Below are positions 8,596 to 18,091 of a stretch of DNA of 64,000 bases, piece after piece. The stretch comes from Bacillota bacterium (GTDB lineage: Bacteria > Bacillota > DTU025 > MWDF01). Every line of letters begins with the position of its first letter. The stretch's first letter is position 1. The position numbers were made by a program, and so were the translations under genes. The notes beneath the pieces were generated by a model that was not told the origin of the DNA, made no database searches, and saw nothing but the letters and a program-made list of their open reading frames with translations. The DNA lies in the NCBI GenBank assembly GCA_029565935.1, contig JAKQNF010000016.1:116031-180030 (forward strand). The letters are read 5' to 3'.

Positions 8596-9213
8596 TTAGT
8601 ACTCTACCTTTATGCTGGTTATGTAGGCCTTGCCGCCGTAAGATGACGAGAGCATCCATGGATAGAGCTCCTCGGGGAAACAGTACACCGCATCGAAGCT
8701 GGCTATCAGCGCGCCGTTCAGCGTGGCGCTGTAATTGTCGCCCTTTCTAACGATCTTTATCGTGTTCGTACCTTTCTTGTTATAGCTTGGCTGATTGCCC
8801 GAGACAAGCCTGATGTCAGTATCCGTCCCCTCAGCCATGTAGACGTTGTCCGAGGCGTCGTCGCCCAGTTTCAGGCAATATACCCCGACGAAGTCCTCGG
8901 GGAGTAAGCTTGAAGCCGAAAATAGGCCCAGCTTGACGTCCACGGTGTTGGAGGAATCCGTCTCGAGGTTGAACTTGACCGTCATCGTCAAGTCGCCCAT
9001 GTAGTAATATGGGCCGGAGAAAGCATAACCGTCCAGCTCGAGGCCCAAAATGCTCCTGTCCCAATAGAACGGCGGGCATATCATCAGCTTCGAGAAAGCA
9101 TCAACGTCGGTCTCCTTCTTAAAATCGAAGGACCACGAGTCACCACCACAGCCTGCCAAGCTTGCCATCAGCACTATCGCGGCGATGGCACACAACATCT
9201 TATACCGCCTCAT
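8596..9213 (-). CDS. Lipoprotein of unknown function (probable jelly-roll/LamG-like); paralog of 32330..33028
   Basis: Lipobox MASLAGC. It shares blocks with the 232-aa lipoprotein at 32330..33028: SFDF after the lipobox, and NTIKIVRKGDNYSATLNG versus NTVEISKRGDYFTVRMNG. Confidence 0.7.
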   Translation of the reverse strand: MRRYKMLCAIAAIVLMASLAGCGGDSWSFDFKKETDVDAFSKLMICPPFYWDRSILGLELDGYAFSGPYYYMGDLTMTVKFNLETDSSNTVDVKLGLFSASSLLPEDFVGVYCLKLGDDASDNVYMAEGTDTDIRLVSGNQPSYNKKGTNTIKIVRKGDNYSATLNGALIASFDAVYCFPEELYPWMLSSSYGGKAYITSIKVEY

Positions 9214-9446
9214 GTATGCACCTCCAAAGCGTCAATTGAACCCTACTCCCTGCCAGTGGCAAAATCCTCCAAGATTCTGCATTTGTTCTGAAAAATGAAC
9301 TTTGACGCGCTAAGGACCGTGGAGACGTTGCGTATGACTGTCAGGTCCTGCTATGAGATAATCATGAATAGTCGGCAGCACTTATGCCGCGGACGGCATC
9401 CATGGTAGGCCGTGAAACCACTTAAAAGGCCTTTGCGTTAGTATCA

Positions 9447-11057
9447 ATGTACCGATTAGCATTTCTTCGAAAGGTTGTGAATCCTTTGTCCAAGAAATTG
9501 ATGATATCTTGCGCCGCTGCGATGATATTGGCGATATCGCTCTCGACAGCATCGATGGCCGCCGTGCCCGCCCTTCCAGAGGGCGCCCTTTTCATCTACG
9601 GAGGGTACGCTGACGTCACGGGGGACGGCGCTGTAGACGAGGTCTACCTGATCGCAAGAAGAGCCCAGGCGGACTCGGATTTCATGTCCGAGCACGGCCT
9701 GCTCGTGATAGAAGGCAAGGAAGGCAAGCAGCTGCTCAACTGGCTGGGGCCCGAAAGCGCCGCTTATCCGGGCACATTGGCGTTCGGTAAGCTCGATCCG
9801 GGCAATTCCTTCGACGTCCTCGTAAACCTGCCATCCGGTGGCTCCGGAGGGATCACGACGGCGATGCCAGTATCGATGGAGGGCGGCACTCTTAGGATAA
9901 TGGCCGACCTGTATGCGCTAAACGACGGTCCGGCAGTGGACATGCTGGTGAACGACGGATACAAGATGGTCGCTAAGTACGAAGGGATAGACTTCACGAT
10001 AGACCTGCTAAAAGGCGCCGCCAAGGACGATGCGGGCACATACAGCGGCATCTTCGACGAGAGCGGAAGGAAAGTGGGGACTCTCAAGCCGGTCATGGAT
10101 CCGGTCGGCGCTACCGAAATGGCGGACGTCAACAACGACGGCATCAGCGAGCTGGTCACATACAGGAGCGTATGGGCGGTTTACCACGCCAATACGGTGG
10201 CCATCGCAAGGACTGTATGGGGCTGGGAGCAGGATGCCATAAAGCCGAGGTTCGTCTCCGTAAAACCACTTTTTTCTCCTCAGGACTATGCCAGTTACCT
10301 GTCCTCCATAAAATCCACCGACCCTGCCGAAGCTCTCAAGCTGGCGATCGACAAATATACGGCAGCGTTCTCGGCAGCGCCTCCTTACTGGAGGTATGAG
10401 GCGTTCCTCGTCTACAGGGATTATGCTTCTGCAGTGGCACAGAAGATAAGCGAGACTCTCCCTTCAACGGGCGCTGCGGACCAGGCGACGATGCAGAAGG
10501 TTTACCAGCTTGCGGATAGGCTGGCTCCTGTCGGGCTCGGCATATTCTACGTAGGAGAAGGAGAGCTGCAAGCGATGCCGGACCCTAAGTTCCAGCTCAA
10601 GAACCTGGAGAAGTACCTGCAGAGGGACGCCGTAGAGTTCCTGTTGCTGGAGGAAGTGGAAGTCTACGATATCTGGGCGATGGACGCTGCCTTGAACATA
10701 CAGCTAGAAGAAGTAGGCAACAGGCTACATGACTGGGAGTATTTCCTCCAAAGCTTCCCTGGCTCTGCGTTCGAGCAGTACGCCATGCAGCAGTATGTGG
10801 CGAAGCTGGCTGCGTTTATACTGGGCATCGACAACACCCCGAACTTCAGCTACAGCGACGGGACGCTGAATCCGGGCGTCATGGCGTCGTTGGAAAAATA
10901 CGTAAGGGAATACGGCAACATGCCTTCTGCAAAAACAGTGGCCGAAGCGATAGGGATAATGAAGGAAGGCAACGGAAAGCTTAACCAGGGGCTGATAGAC
11001 AGGATAATAGCATTGATACCCAAGCCTACCACCCAGGAAGAGAATACCGAGAAATAG
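9447..11057 (+). CDS. Secreted hypothetical protein
   Basis: Signal peptide ends ...LSTASMAAVP. Two DxDGxxDE/NNDGISE (FG-GAP/VCBS-like) motifs sit in the N-terminal half and the C-terminal half is helical. The true start may be GTG 9477 or a later ATG. Confidence 0.6.
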   Translation: MYRLAFLRKVVNPLSKKLMISCAAAMILAISLSTASMAAVPALPEGALFIYGGYADVTGDGAVDEVYLIARRAQADSDFMSEHGLLVIEGKEGKQLLNWLGPESAAYPGTLAFGKLDPGNSFDVLVNLPSGGSGGITTAMPVSMEGGTLRIMADLYALNDGPAVDMLVNDGYKMVAKYEGIDFTIDLLKGAAKDDAGTYSGIFDESGRKVGTLKPVMDPVGATEMADVNNDGISELVTYRSVWAVYHANTVAIARTVWGWEQDAIKPRFVSVKPLFSPQDYASYLSSIKSTDPAEALKLAIDKYTAAFSAAPPYWRYEAFLVYRDYASAVAQKISETLPSTGAADQATMQKVYQLADRLAPVGLGIFYVGEGELQAMPDPKFQLKNLEKYLQRDAVEFLLLEEVEVYDIWAMDAALNIQLEEVGNRLHDWEYFLQSFPGSAFEQYAMQQYVAKLAAFILGIDNTPNFSYSDGTLNPGVMASLEKYVREYGNMPSAKTVAEAIGIMKEGNGKLNQGLIDRIIALIPKPTTQEENTEK

Positions 11058-11124
11058 TGCCATACAAGACAGGTCGCATCCGTGTTCGCGATGTGACCGC
11101 CCGTGCTAATTAGAAGATGGATAA

Positions 11125-11155
11125 AAGAAGACGCTCCGCGAAAGAGCGTCTTCTT
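11125..11155. terminator. Bidirectional terminator hairpin
   Basis: AAGAAGACGCTC / GAGCGTCTTCTT 12-bp stem with a 7-nt loop, flanked by an A-run and a T-run, between convergent genes. Confidence 0.75.
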
Positions 11156-11178
11156 TGCGTCCTGGACTGTAATGCCTT

Positions 11179-12690
11179 CTATTTCACTATGGAGATCCTT
11201 CCTTCCACCTTCGGTGCAATCTCCTGGCCCTTGATGTACTTTATTGCCACGTCGCGCAGCATCTCACCCGACATGTAGAGCACCTTGGCGTCCTTGAACA
11301 TCGTATAGCCGTCTCCGCCGGCCGCCGTGAAGTCGTTCGTCGCCACGCTATAGAACCTGAAGGGATCTATGGTGAGGCCGTTCACCTTGACCTCGGATAC
11401 GCGGCTGCCTGCCGGCTTGGCGGGATCGAACTTGAATGTAAGGCCGCTGATCTGCAAGAAACCTCCGAGCTGGTTCGGATAGGAGCCTACGGAGAGTTCC
11501 AATGCCTTCACGATGGCATCTCCGCGCAGCTCGATTACTACCAGGCTGTTGTCGAAGGGCAGGACCGAAATTACGCCGCCGACCGTGATGTCCCCCGCTT
11601 TGAGGGAGGCTCTGATGCCTCCGCCGTTCGTAAGGGCGATGTCGGCCTTGGTCGCGCTCTTCATGATGTCGGTCACCAGGTTGCCCATGTTGGTCTCCTT
11701 GGTGCGGACGTTGGCGCGCTCCCCGTCAAGATCGACGAGAGCCTTGCCTATCACCACGTTCATCTCCTTGGATAGCGCGTCGCCATATACCTTTATGCGA
11801 GCGCCGACCCTGCTGGAAAGGCGTGCGTTCGGGATCTTCTCGTCGAGCCTTACGAGCTTGCCTTCGAATGCAGCCACCGCGTTGTTCTTGACGGTGACTT
11901 CCAGGGTCCCGGCATAGGCAGCCCATTCGCCGGCCGACACTATGATCGTGGGTCCTACCTTGACCGGCTTTTCTAGCACAGTATGGGAGTGGCCCCCCAC
12001 GATGATGTCTATCCCAGGTATCGCCTTCGCCAGCTTGAGATCCTCGTCATATCCCAGGTGGGATAGGCATACGATGATATCAGCGCTCTGTTCCAGCTCG
12101 GCCACGACCGTCATCGCCGAATCTATCGGGTCGAGGAACTTGAGGCCTACCACGTTGTTCGGGTGAGTGACTATCGGGGTGTCGACTGGTGACAGTCCGA
12201 ACATGCCGACCTTGATGCCGTTTATGGTGACTACGGTGTACGGAACTGCGAAATAGCTTCCGTCCTCATAGACTATGTTGGCGGCAAGGAACGGGAAGCC
12301 CGCAATGGAAGCAAGGTTGAGAAGTTGCTTCTGGCCGTAGTTGAACTCGTGGTTGCCTATTGAGGTGGCCGCGAACTTCATATCACGCATTACCTCTGCC
12401 ATGGGGACTCCGTTGAAAAGGTTGACGATGTTGGTGCCGTGCACCATGTCGCCCGAGGCTAGCAGAAGCACGTCCTTGCCCTCGTCCCTCAGCCCGTCGA
12501 CATAGGAGAAGAGCCTCCCCATGCCTCCGATGGCCACTTTCTCGTTGGTTGGGATCCAAGGTTCCAGCCTGCCGTGCACGTCGTTCACGTGCACTATCGT
12601 GAATTTACCGTCGGCCGCGGATGCCATGAAGGCTGCGGAAAGTACGATTAGCAGCGATATAAGGACTACCAAAATTCTCCTGTTTCGCAT
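11179..12690 (-). CDS. Secreted bifunctional metallophosphatase/5'-nucleotidase (UshA family)
   Basis: Signal peptide present. Calcineurin-like motifs are DVHG, GDMVHG, GNHEF and GGHSH, followed by a C-terminal 5'-nucleotidase domain. Confidence 0.9.
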   Translation of the reverse strand: MRNRRILVVLISLLIVLSAAFMASAADGKFTIVHVNDVHGRLEPWIPTNEKVAIGGMGRLFSYVDGLRDEGKDVLLLASGDMVHGTNIVNLFNGVPMAEVMRDMKFAATSIGNHEFNYGQKQLLNLASIAGFPFLAANIVYEDGSYFAVPYTVVTINGIKVGMFGLSPVDTPIVTHPNNVVGLKFLDPIDSAMTVVAELEQSADIIVCLSHLGYDEDLKLAKAIPGIDIIVGGHSHTVLEKPVKVGPTIIVSAGEWAAYAGTLEVTVKNNAVAAFEGKLVRLDEKIPNARLSSRVGARIKVYGDALSKEMNVVIGKALVDLDGERANVRTKETNMGNLVTDIMKSATKADIALTNGGGIRASLKAGDITVGGVISVLPFDNSLVVIELRGDAIVKALELSVGSYPNQLGGFLQISGLTFKFDPAKPAGSRVSEVKVNGLTIDPFRFYSVATNDFTAAGGDGYTMFKDAKVLYMSGEMLRDVAIKYIKGQEIAPKVEGRISIVK

Positions 12691-13082
12691 CGGTCATCCT
12701 CCTCATATAGATTTCGTTCGCTGATACACTTTGATTATACTGCAAGTGAATGCAGGTGCTGAATAGCGAAGGGGGCGTTTTGCGATACTCGGCCTACGAT
12801 TCGGAACGGCATGGCCCAGCGGGTTCCGTTTGAGCGGCGCAGTCAGCGTTTACGACGCGGACATCCATTCAGTGCGGTTCAGGTTCTCAAGGTGAAGTGA
12901 AATAATCAATTAATGAGAACTCATTGCCTTATGTAGTGCGCATATACAAATATCTGGCATTTAACGATAACAGAAAATGTAAAAACAATTCACTTCGTAA
13001 CATATTCAAAAAGGAGTTCACGGCGGAATATCGAAACCTTCGTTATACTTCCCACCTTCAAGTAGGAAAGGAGTGCAGGCAT

Positions 13083-16000
13083 TTGAGTCCGAGAAGAGTA
13101 TCGGTTTTATTACTTACGGCGGTCCTCCTGCTGTCGGCGGCCATGGCTTCGGCTTCGCTTCCGAAGGTGAACCCCGACGAGGTGCGCTCCAAGCTCGAAA
13201 GGCTAGGGCGCCCCAAGAAGATCGAGATCGACATGGACAAGCTATCTCTAAACGAGCAGATCAACTACACGGGCCCGAAGGCTATGAAGCCCGGTAGTGT
13301 GATAGTAAGGCTTGATACGGGCGCGAAGGCGACGGCAGCGGACGCCGCGCTAGAAGAGGCGCTTTTCAAGCTGGGCGGATCAATAGACGGTAAGCTTGAG
13401 ATGAAGGACAGGTCCGAAGGGGCCAAAGCGGCTGCTGCTGCGCCGCTGCGGTTCGCCTTCCTGAAATTCGCAGAAGACGCAGATGTCGAGGCATTGGCGG
13501 CAGAGCTGGGCAAAGTGCCCGGGGTGGTCTACGCGGAGCCCAACTACATGCTCTATCCCGATGCTACGACGCCTCCTACGGACACTTATTTCGCCAACGG
13601 TTGGCAGTACTACCTATACAACGACGGCAGACCCTACATATACATAACCTCATACGCGGGAACCCCTGGATCCGATATAAAGGCGATGCCGGCGTGGGAA
13701 TTCGCAAACTCCGACTTCGGGCTTGATTCGTCGAGCGTGGTGATCGGAGTGATCGACCAGGGCGTGTGCTTCTGGATACCCGAGCTTACACCCAACATGT
13801 GGATCAATGAGGCCGAGTTTTTCGGCACCGAGGGCGTGGACGATGACGGGAACGGCTACATGGACGACGTCTATGGATACGATTTCTACCACAACCTCGG
13901 CATCAACGATTATGACAGTGGCTACTTCCCCTGGATGGAAGACCCACATGGCACGCACGTGGCCGGTACGATATCATCGGACTGGGACGGCTACGGTGTA
14001 GCCGGGGCGTCCAGGAACGCGAAGATAATGAGCCTTAAGTTCCTCGGACCCGAAGGCGGCTATACCGAAGATGCCATGAGGGCCCTCGAGTACGCCGCGA
14101 TGATGGGAGCCGACCTTACTTCCAACAGCTGGGGCGGCGGAGAACCGAGCATGGCGCTGGCCGATGCGATCAAAGCGGCCGGCATCCTGTTCGTCACGTC
14201 CGCAGGCAACGACGGCAACAACAATGACTTCTTCGGGCACTACCCATCGTCGTACGCGAACCCGGATTCTCCGATGTACTGCGAGAACGTAATCTCGGTC
14301 ACAGCTACGGACGCGAACGACAACCTGTCGGCATACTCTTGCTACGGAGAGAAGTCGGTCAACATAGCCGCTCCGGGCACCTGGATACTCGCCCCTATAC
14401 CCATGGTGGGCTCAGGAGGCACGCTCGATTACGCATACTCTTGGTATACGGGCACTTCCATGGCGACCCCGCAGGTGAGCGCAGTCGCGGCGATGCTTAT
14501 AGCACAGGACAGGGCGCACACGGGCTACTCCCTGCCACAATATGACGATCCTGATCCGTACGGCGACTGGGATACGGTGAAGGAGATAATACTGAACAGC
14601 GCCGAAAGGAAAGCACAGCTCAACGGCCTGGTAAGCACGGGCGGCAGGCTCAACATGTACAACGCGTTGACCTGGCAGAGGCTGCCGAGCGTGGCGTCCA
14701 TAAGCGCAACACCGACGTTTAGCAGCGTCGCGCCGGTGGACATCGAAGTGAGCGTGAACATAGAGGACGCAGCCTATGCAGCGGAGATCGGGGCGATAGA
14801 GCACAGATGGTTCCTCACCACCTACGATGCCTGGTGGCAGCCGCAGGAGACGGGCATAACCGCCACCGGGCAGACGGCCACCTTGACGGTGCCCGAGGGA
14901 GGTTACGGCAACTACCAGGTAAGGTACGAGATGTACGATACTGACAACGACGTGGTCGTGACGACATCGTACAAGCATGTGCTGGTAGCCGAGCCGGAAT
15001 CGGTGCTCCTGGTGCTGGACGACCAATGGTACGGATACGAGGATATGTCCTGGCTGGACGAGATACCTTTCATCGCGTTCAGCATACCGTACCATTACGC
15101 ATTCCCGCCTATGGACATACCCAGCACCGTCCCCAACATCGTCTTCTGGACGACCTCCTACACCACCTCGGGCGTAATCAACGAGGACGACGCAAGGTGG
15201 ATAATCGACTACTTGAAGTACGGAGGCGGAAAGTTATTCTTGGCGAGCTACGAGATGCTGAACATGCTCGACGGATATTACGGCGAGTCCGCAATGTCGA
15301 CGGCTACGGCGGCGGAGCTGCTCGAGACGCTTAAGATCGACGGCTATGTCACTGACCATACCTACAAGATGACCGGGGATCTGCAGCTGTACGAGCCGAT
15401 GCTCAACGTCGAAGGCGATACGATAGCATGGGCCAACGAGCTGACGCTCGACCTTGAGTACGAAGTCTGGTATCCGTCCATTTTGGACTTCGGCGACGTG
15501 GTCACGGATTTCGGCCCGGGGGCGTATCCGATACTGCTGTCGATCTTCGGAGGGGCGATAGACGATCCTACAAGGGCCGCATACGGCCTGAGCTATGCCG
15601 GTGACGACTACAGGCTGGTGCTGCTCACCGCCCCGCTGGAGGCGATGCAGGGCCAGGACTACTACGATTGGTGGTTCGAGGAAGCGGAATCCAACGGCGA
15701 TATGTATAACTTCTGGTATTTCATGGGCTACAGCTGGCTCTTCCTGAACGGCGAAGGCCCGGACAGACTGGTCGCATGGCTGGATAACCCCAAGACCGGA
15801 GGAACGTACTCGGCCATCGACTTCGCGTGGGGCATCCAGGATGTACCGGAGACGAGCCACGGCGCCAGCATATGGTACAGGATTAACGAATCCTCGCCGT
15901 GGGAGCCGGTGACGATGTACACCCCCGCAGACGGCCTTGAATATCCTTGGATGTCGCCTCCTACGACCGCTGGCTCGCAGTACCAGGTGATGCTGCAAGT

Positions 16001-16334
16001 CTACGACGAATGGGAACCCTACAGGGTGGCGTACGACTTCGAAGGGCCGCTGGCCTTCTGGCCGATCTCCTCGGCGGAAGGGGCGAGGGCCGGCGTTGAC
16101 AGGGAGAACGGGCTCGTGAACTTCTACATCAACGCGAACAAGCCTGGCATGCTGTACGTGTACGACCTGTCCGGAACGCAGATCTTCTCCCACGAGGTGG
16201 AACAGGGGATAAGCACGGTAGTCTGGGATATGATGTACAAGGGCATGAGGGTGGCCCGCGGGCTATATGCCTTCCGCATAATCTATGAGGACGGCTCAGC
16301 ATCCAGGGTCGGCCGAGTGTTGATCAACTTCTAA
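13083..16334 (+). CDS. S8 subtilisin-family serine peptidase with a large C-terminal extension and a FlgD-Ig/T9SS-type C-terminal domain
   Basis: Catalytic triad contexts VIGVIDQGV (Asp), HGTHVAGTI (His) and GTSMATPQVS (Ser). The last ~78 aa (LYVYDLSGTQIF...GLYAFRIIYEDG...RVLINF) resemble the FlgD-Ig/T9SS CTD. The likely start is TTG 13083, after GGAAAGGAG, giving the signal peptide LSPRRVSVLLLTAVLLLSAAMASA. The track start at 12924 lies in AT-rich non-coding-looking DNA. Confidence 0.85.
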   Translation: MSPRRVSVLLLTAVLLLSAAMASASLPKVNPDEVRSKLERLGRPKKIEIDMDKLSLNEQINYTGPKAMKPGSVIVRLDTGAKATAADAALEEALFKLGGSIDGKLEMKDRSEGAKAAAAAPLRFAFLKFAEDADVEALAAELGKVPGVVYAEPNYMLYPDATTPPTDTYFANGWQYYLYNDGRPYIYITSYAGTPGSDIKAMPAWEFANSDFGLDSSSVVIGVIDQGVCFWIPELTPNMWINEAEFFGTEGVDDDGNGYMDDVYGYDFYHNLGINDYDSGYFPWMEDPHGTHVAGTISSDWDGYGVAGASRNAKIMSLKFLGPEGGYTEDAMRALEYAAMMGADLTSNSWGGGEPSMALADAIKAAGILFVTSAGNDGNNNDFFGHYPSSYANPDSPMYCENVISVTATDANDNLSAYSCYGEKSVNIAAPGTWILAPIPMVGSGGTLDYAYSWYTGTSMATPQVSAVAAMLIAQDRAHTGYSLPQYDDPDPYGDWDTVKEIILNSAERKAQLNGLVSTGGRLNMYNALTWQRLPSVASISATPTFSSVAPVDIEVSVNIEDAAYAAEIGAIEHRWFLTTYDAWWQPQETGITATGQTATLTVPEGGYGNYQVRYEMYDTDNDVVVTTSYKHVLVAEPESVLLVLDDQWYGYEDMSWLDEIPFIAFSIPYHYAFPPMDIPSTVPNIVFWTTSYTTSGVINEDDARWIIDYLKYGGGKLFLASYEMLNMLDGYYGESAMSTATAAELLETLKIDGYVTDHTYKMTGDLQLYEPMLNVEGDTIAWANELTLDLEYEVWYPSILDFGDVVTDFGPGAYPILLSIFGGAIDDPTRAAYGLSYAGDDYRLVLLTAPLEAMQGQDYYDWWFEEAESNGDMYNFWYFMGYSWLFLNGEGPDRLVAWLDNPKTGGTYSAIDFAWGIQDVPETSHGASIWYRINESSPWEPVTMYTPADGLEYPWMSPPTTAGSQYQVMLQVYDEWEPYRVAYDFEGPLAFWPISSAEGARAGVDRENGLVNFYINANKPGMLYVYDLSGTQIFSHEVEQGISTVVWDMMYKGMRVARGLYAFRIIYEDGSASRVGRVLINF

Positions 16335-16355
16335 CGAGGGAGGTGCGAGAAGCAA

Positions 16356-17288
16356 ATGAGGAAAAAGGCGACGATAATGGCTGCCATGGCCCTGGTCATG
16401 GCCGTGGCTCTGGCGGGTTCTAGCATTGCCGCCGAGTATTGGGGCACCCTGCCCTCCCTTAAGCTGGGATACTCGGTCAGGTCGGAAGGCATGGGTGGGG
16501 CGGGCCTGGCCCTGGATGGGGACCTCAGTTTGGCTGGCCTCAATCCCGCGGCGCTGCCGACGACAAAAGGACTGGGACTTTATACCAACTACACTTCGGT
16601 GTATGCCACTAACGGCAAGTTCAGCCTCGTCTTCGGATGCAAGTACTTCGGCATCGCGCTGGACGTGCTCGGCGCGACCGACATAGAGATCACCGACGAA
16701 TATGGAGCGATCATAGGCGTAGGGGACTACTATGAGGGCAACGTGGCCCTCATAGGCGGATACAGCTTCAAGCTTGGTAGCATGGGCTTCGTTTCCGTCG
16801 GGGCGTCGCTTAAGGGCCTGGGGCAGTTCATGCCCGAAAGCGACGGTTACGGTTTCGCGCTCGATGTGGGCGCGATAGGAAGGTACGACATCGGCAAGGT
16901 CGGCCTCAGCGCGGCATTCGTCCTGAGGAACGCACCCGGCATCATATGGTATCCGACCAGCGGTCCGTTGCCGGAAGCAGGGACTAAGGCCGCCGAGATG
17001 AGCTTCCTTGACATCGCGTACGCCGGAGGCATAGCGGCCCACTTCTTCGACGAGAAGCTGCTGGTTGCGCTGGACGTCGATTCGGCAAGGGGCCTTTCGG
17101 CGGGCATCGAAGGCAAGGTATCGGTCCTTAGCCTAAGGACCGGCGTCAACTGGTGGATGGACAGGCCGCTTTCGTTCTCGCTGGGCGCGGGGCTGGACCT
17201 GTTCAAAGGAGCAAGGCTGGACTACTCCTGGACCTACCTGGTCCACATGCCAGACAGGCACAGGGTGGGGCTGCTGATTAGGTTCTGA
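16356..17288 (+). CDS. Outer-membrane beta-barrel protein, PorV/PorQ-like
   Basis: Signal peptide present. The N-terminal motif SVRSEGMGGAGLALDGDLSLAGLNPAAL is typical of the PorV/PorQ-type barrel family. Alternating beta-strand pattern, and the protein ends ...VGLLIRF. Confidence 0.5.
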   Translation: MRKKATIMAAMALVMAVALAGSSIAAEYWGTLPSLKLGYSVRSEGMGGAGLALDGDLSLAGLNPAALPTTKGLGLYTNYTSVYATNGKFSLVFGCKYFGIALDVLGATDIEITDEYGAIIGVGDYYEGNVALIGGYSFKLGSMGFVSVGASLKGLGQFMPESDGYGFALDVGAIGRYDIGKVGLSAAFVLRNAPGIIWYPTSGPLPEAGTKAAEMSFLDIAYAGGIAAHFFDEKLLVALDVDSARGLSAGIEGKVSVLSLRTGVNWWMDRPLSFSLGAGLDLFKGARLDYSWTYLVHMPDRHRVGLLIRF

Positions 17289-17313
17289 CAGAATCTGCAT
17301 GGTGCGACCTGGC

Positions 17314-17340
17314 GGCGCGGGCGATTTCATCGCCCGCGCC
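17314..17340 (+). terminator. Intrinsic terminator-like hairpin
   Basis: GGCGCGGGCGAT-TTC-ATCGCCCGCGCC: a 12-bp stem followed by a T-containing tail. Confidence 0.6.
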
Positions 17341-17447
17341 TTACTTATATCCCCCTCGCAAATAAAGATTTAGGTGGCATGAAGGAACGACTATGGCTCC
17401 ATAGAAGTTTATAATGGTTAGTGAATGAAACCGACGGAGGGATCAAC

Positions 17448-18047
17448 TTGAAGAAAAGACTGATAGCTGCACTCGTATTATCGCTAATCCTCATGACACC
17501 CGCAATGGCCTCGGCGACTGACGTGATCTTCGGTCTGTCCTACAGGCTGGCCAAACCGGCGGACGAGGTGGCCGACGTGGGAAGCGACTTCAAGGCCAAC
17601 CTGGGACTGAAGCTGGACATATCCAAGATATTCGAGACCCACCTCGCCTTGAAGCTAGGGATGGTAAGGGAGGACATGTACGATCCGGCATCTGCGATGA
17701 AATTCGGCGTGGCAGGTGAGCTCGACGCCGTGTTCTCGCTGCTCAACTGGCAGATAAGCGAGGACTACCTGCTGAAGCTGGGACCCATCGCGGGGCTGAC
17801 CTTCGCCAACGGTCCAGCCTACGTGCCGGACGGAAACCTGGACCTGCTGCTTGGGGCCTTCGCGCGCTTCGATTTCCTCGAGAGCTTCAGGCTGGACACG
17901 AAGCTGGGATACGGTTTCATGAGCAAGGGCCTGATAGCCGCGTTCGGCATGGAATATGATTTCAACCCCAACTGGTTCATAAGGGCCGACTTCGAGTACA
18001 TGAGGAGAAACGGCTTCATAAGCATATCCGGAGGATACAGGTTCTAG
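17448..18047 (+). CDS. Small outer-membrane beta-barrel protein
   Basis: Signal peptide LKKRLIAALVLSLILMTPAMASA (TTG 17448 after GGAGGG). Amphipathic strands, and the C-terminus is ...ISGGYRF. Confidence 0.6.
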   Translation: MKKRLIAALVLSLILMTPAMASATDVIFGLSYRLAKPADEVADVGSDFKANLGLKLDISKIFETHLALKLGMVREDMYDPASAMKFGVAGELDAVFSLLNWQISEDYLLKLGPIAGLTFANGPAYVPDGNLDLLLGAFARFDFLESFRLDTKLGYGFMSKGLIAAFGMEYDFNPNWFIRADFEYMRRNGFISISGGYRF

Positions 18048-18091
18048 CGGACGGCAACGCCTCTGTGCGTGGCTGCCTCGCGAGCAAACTC

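Noticed and set aside
14412-17042. Minus-strand ORFs 14412..15095, 15234..16193 and 16296..17042
   Set aside because: They are antisense to the S8 protease and the PorV-like gene, with no recognisable motifs.
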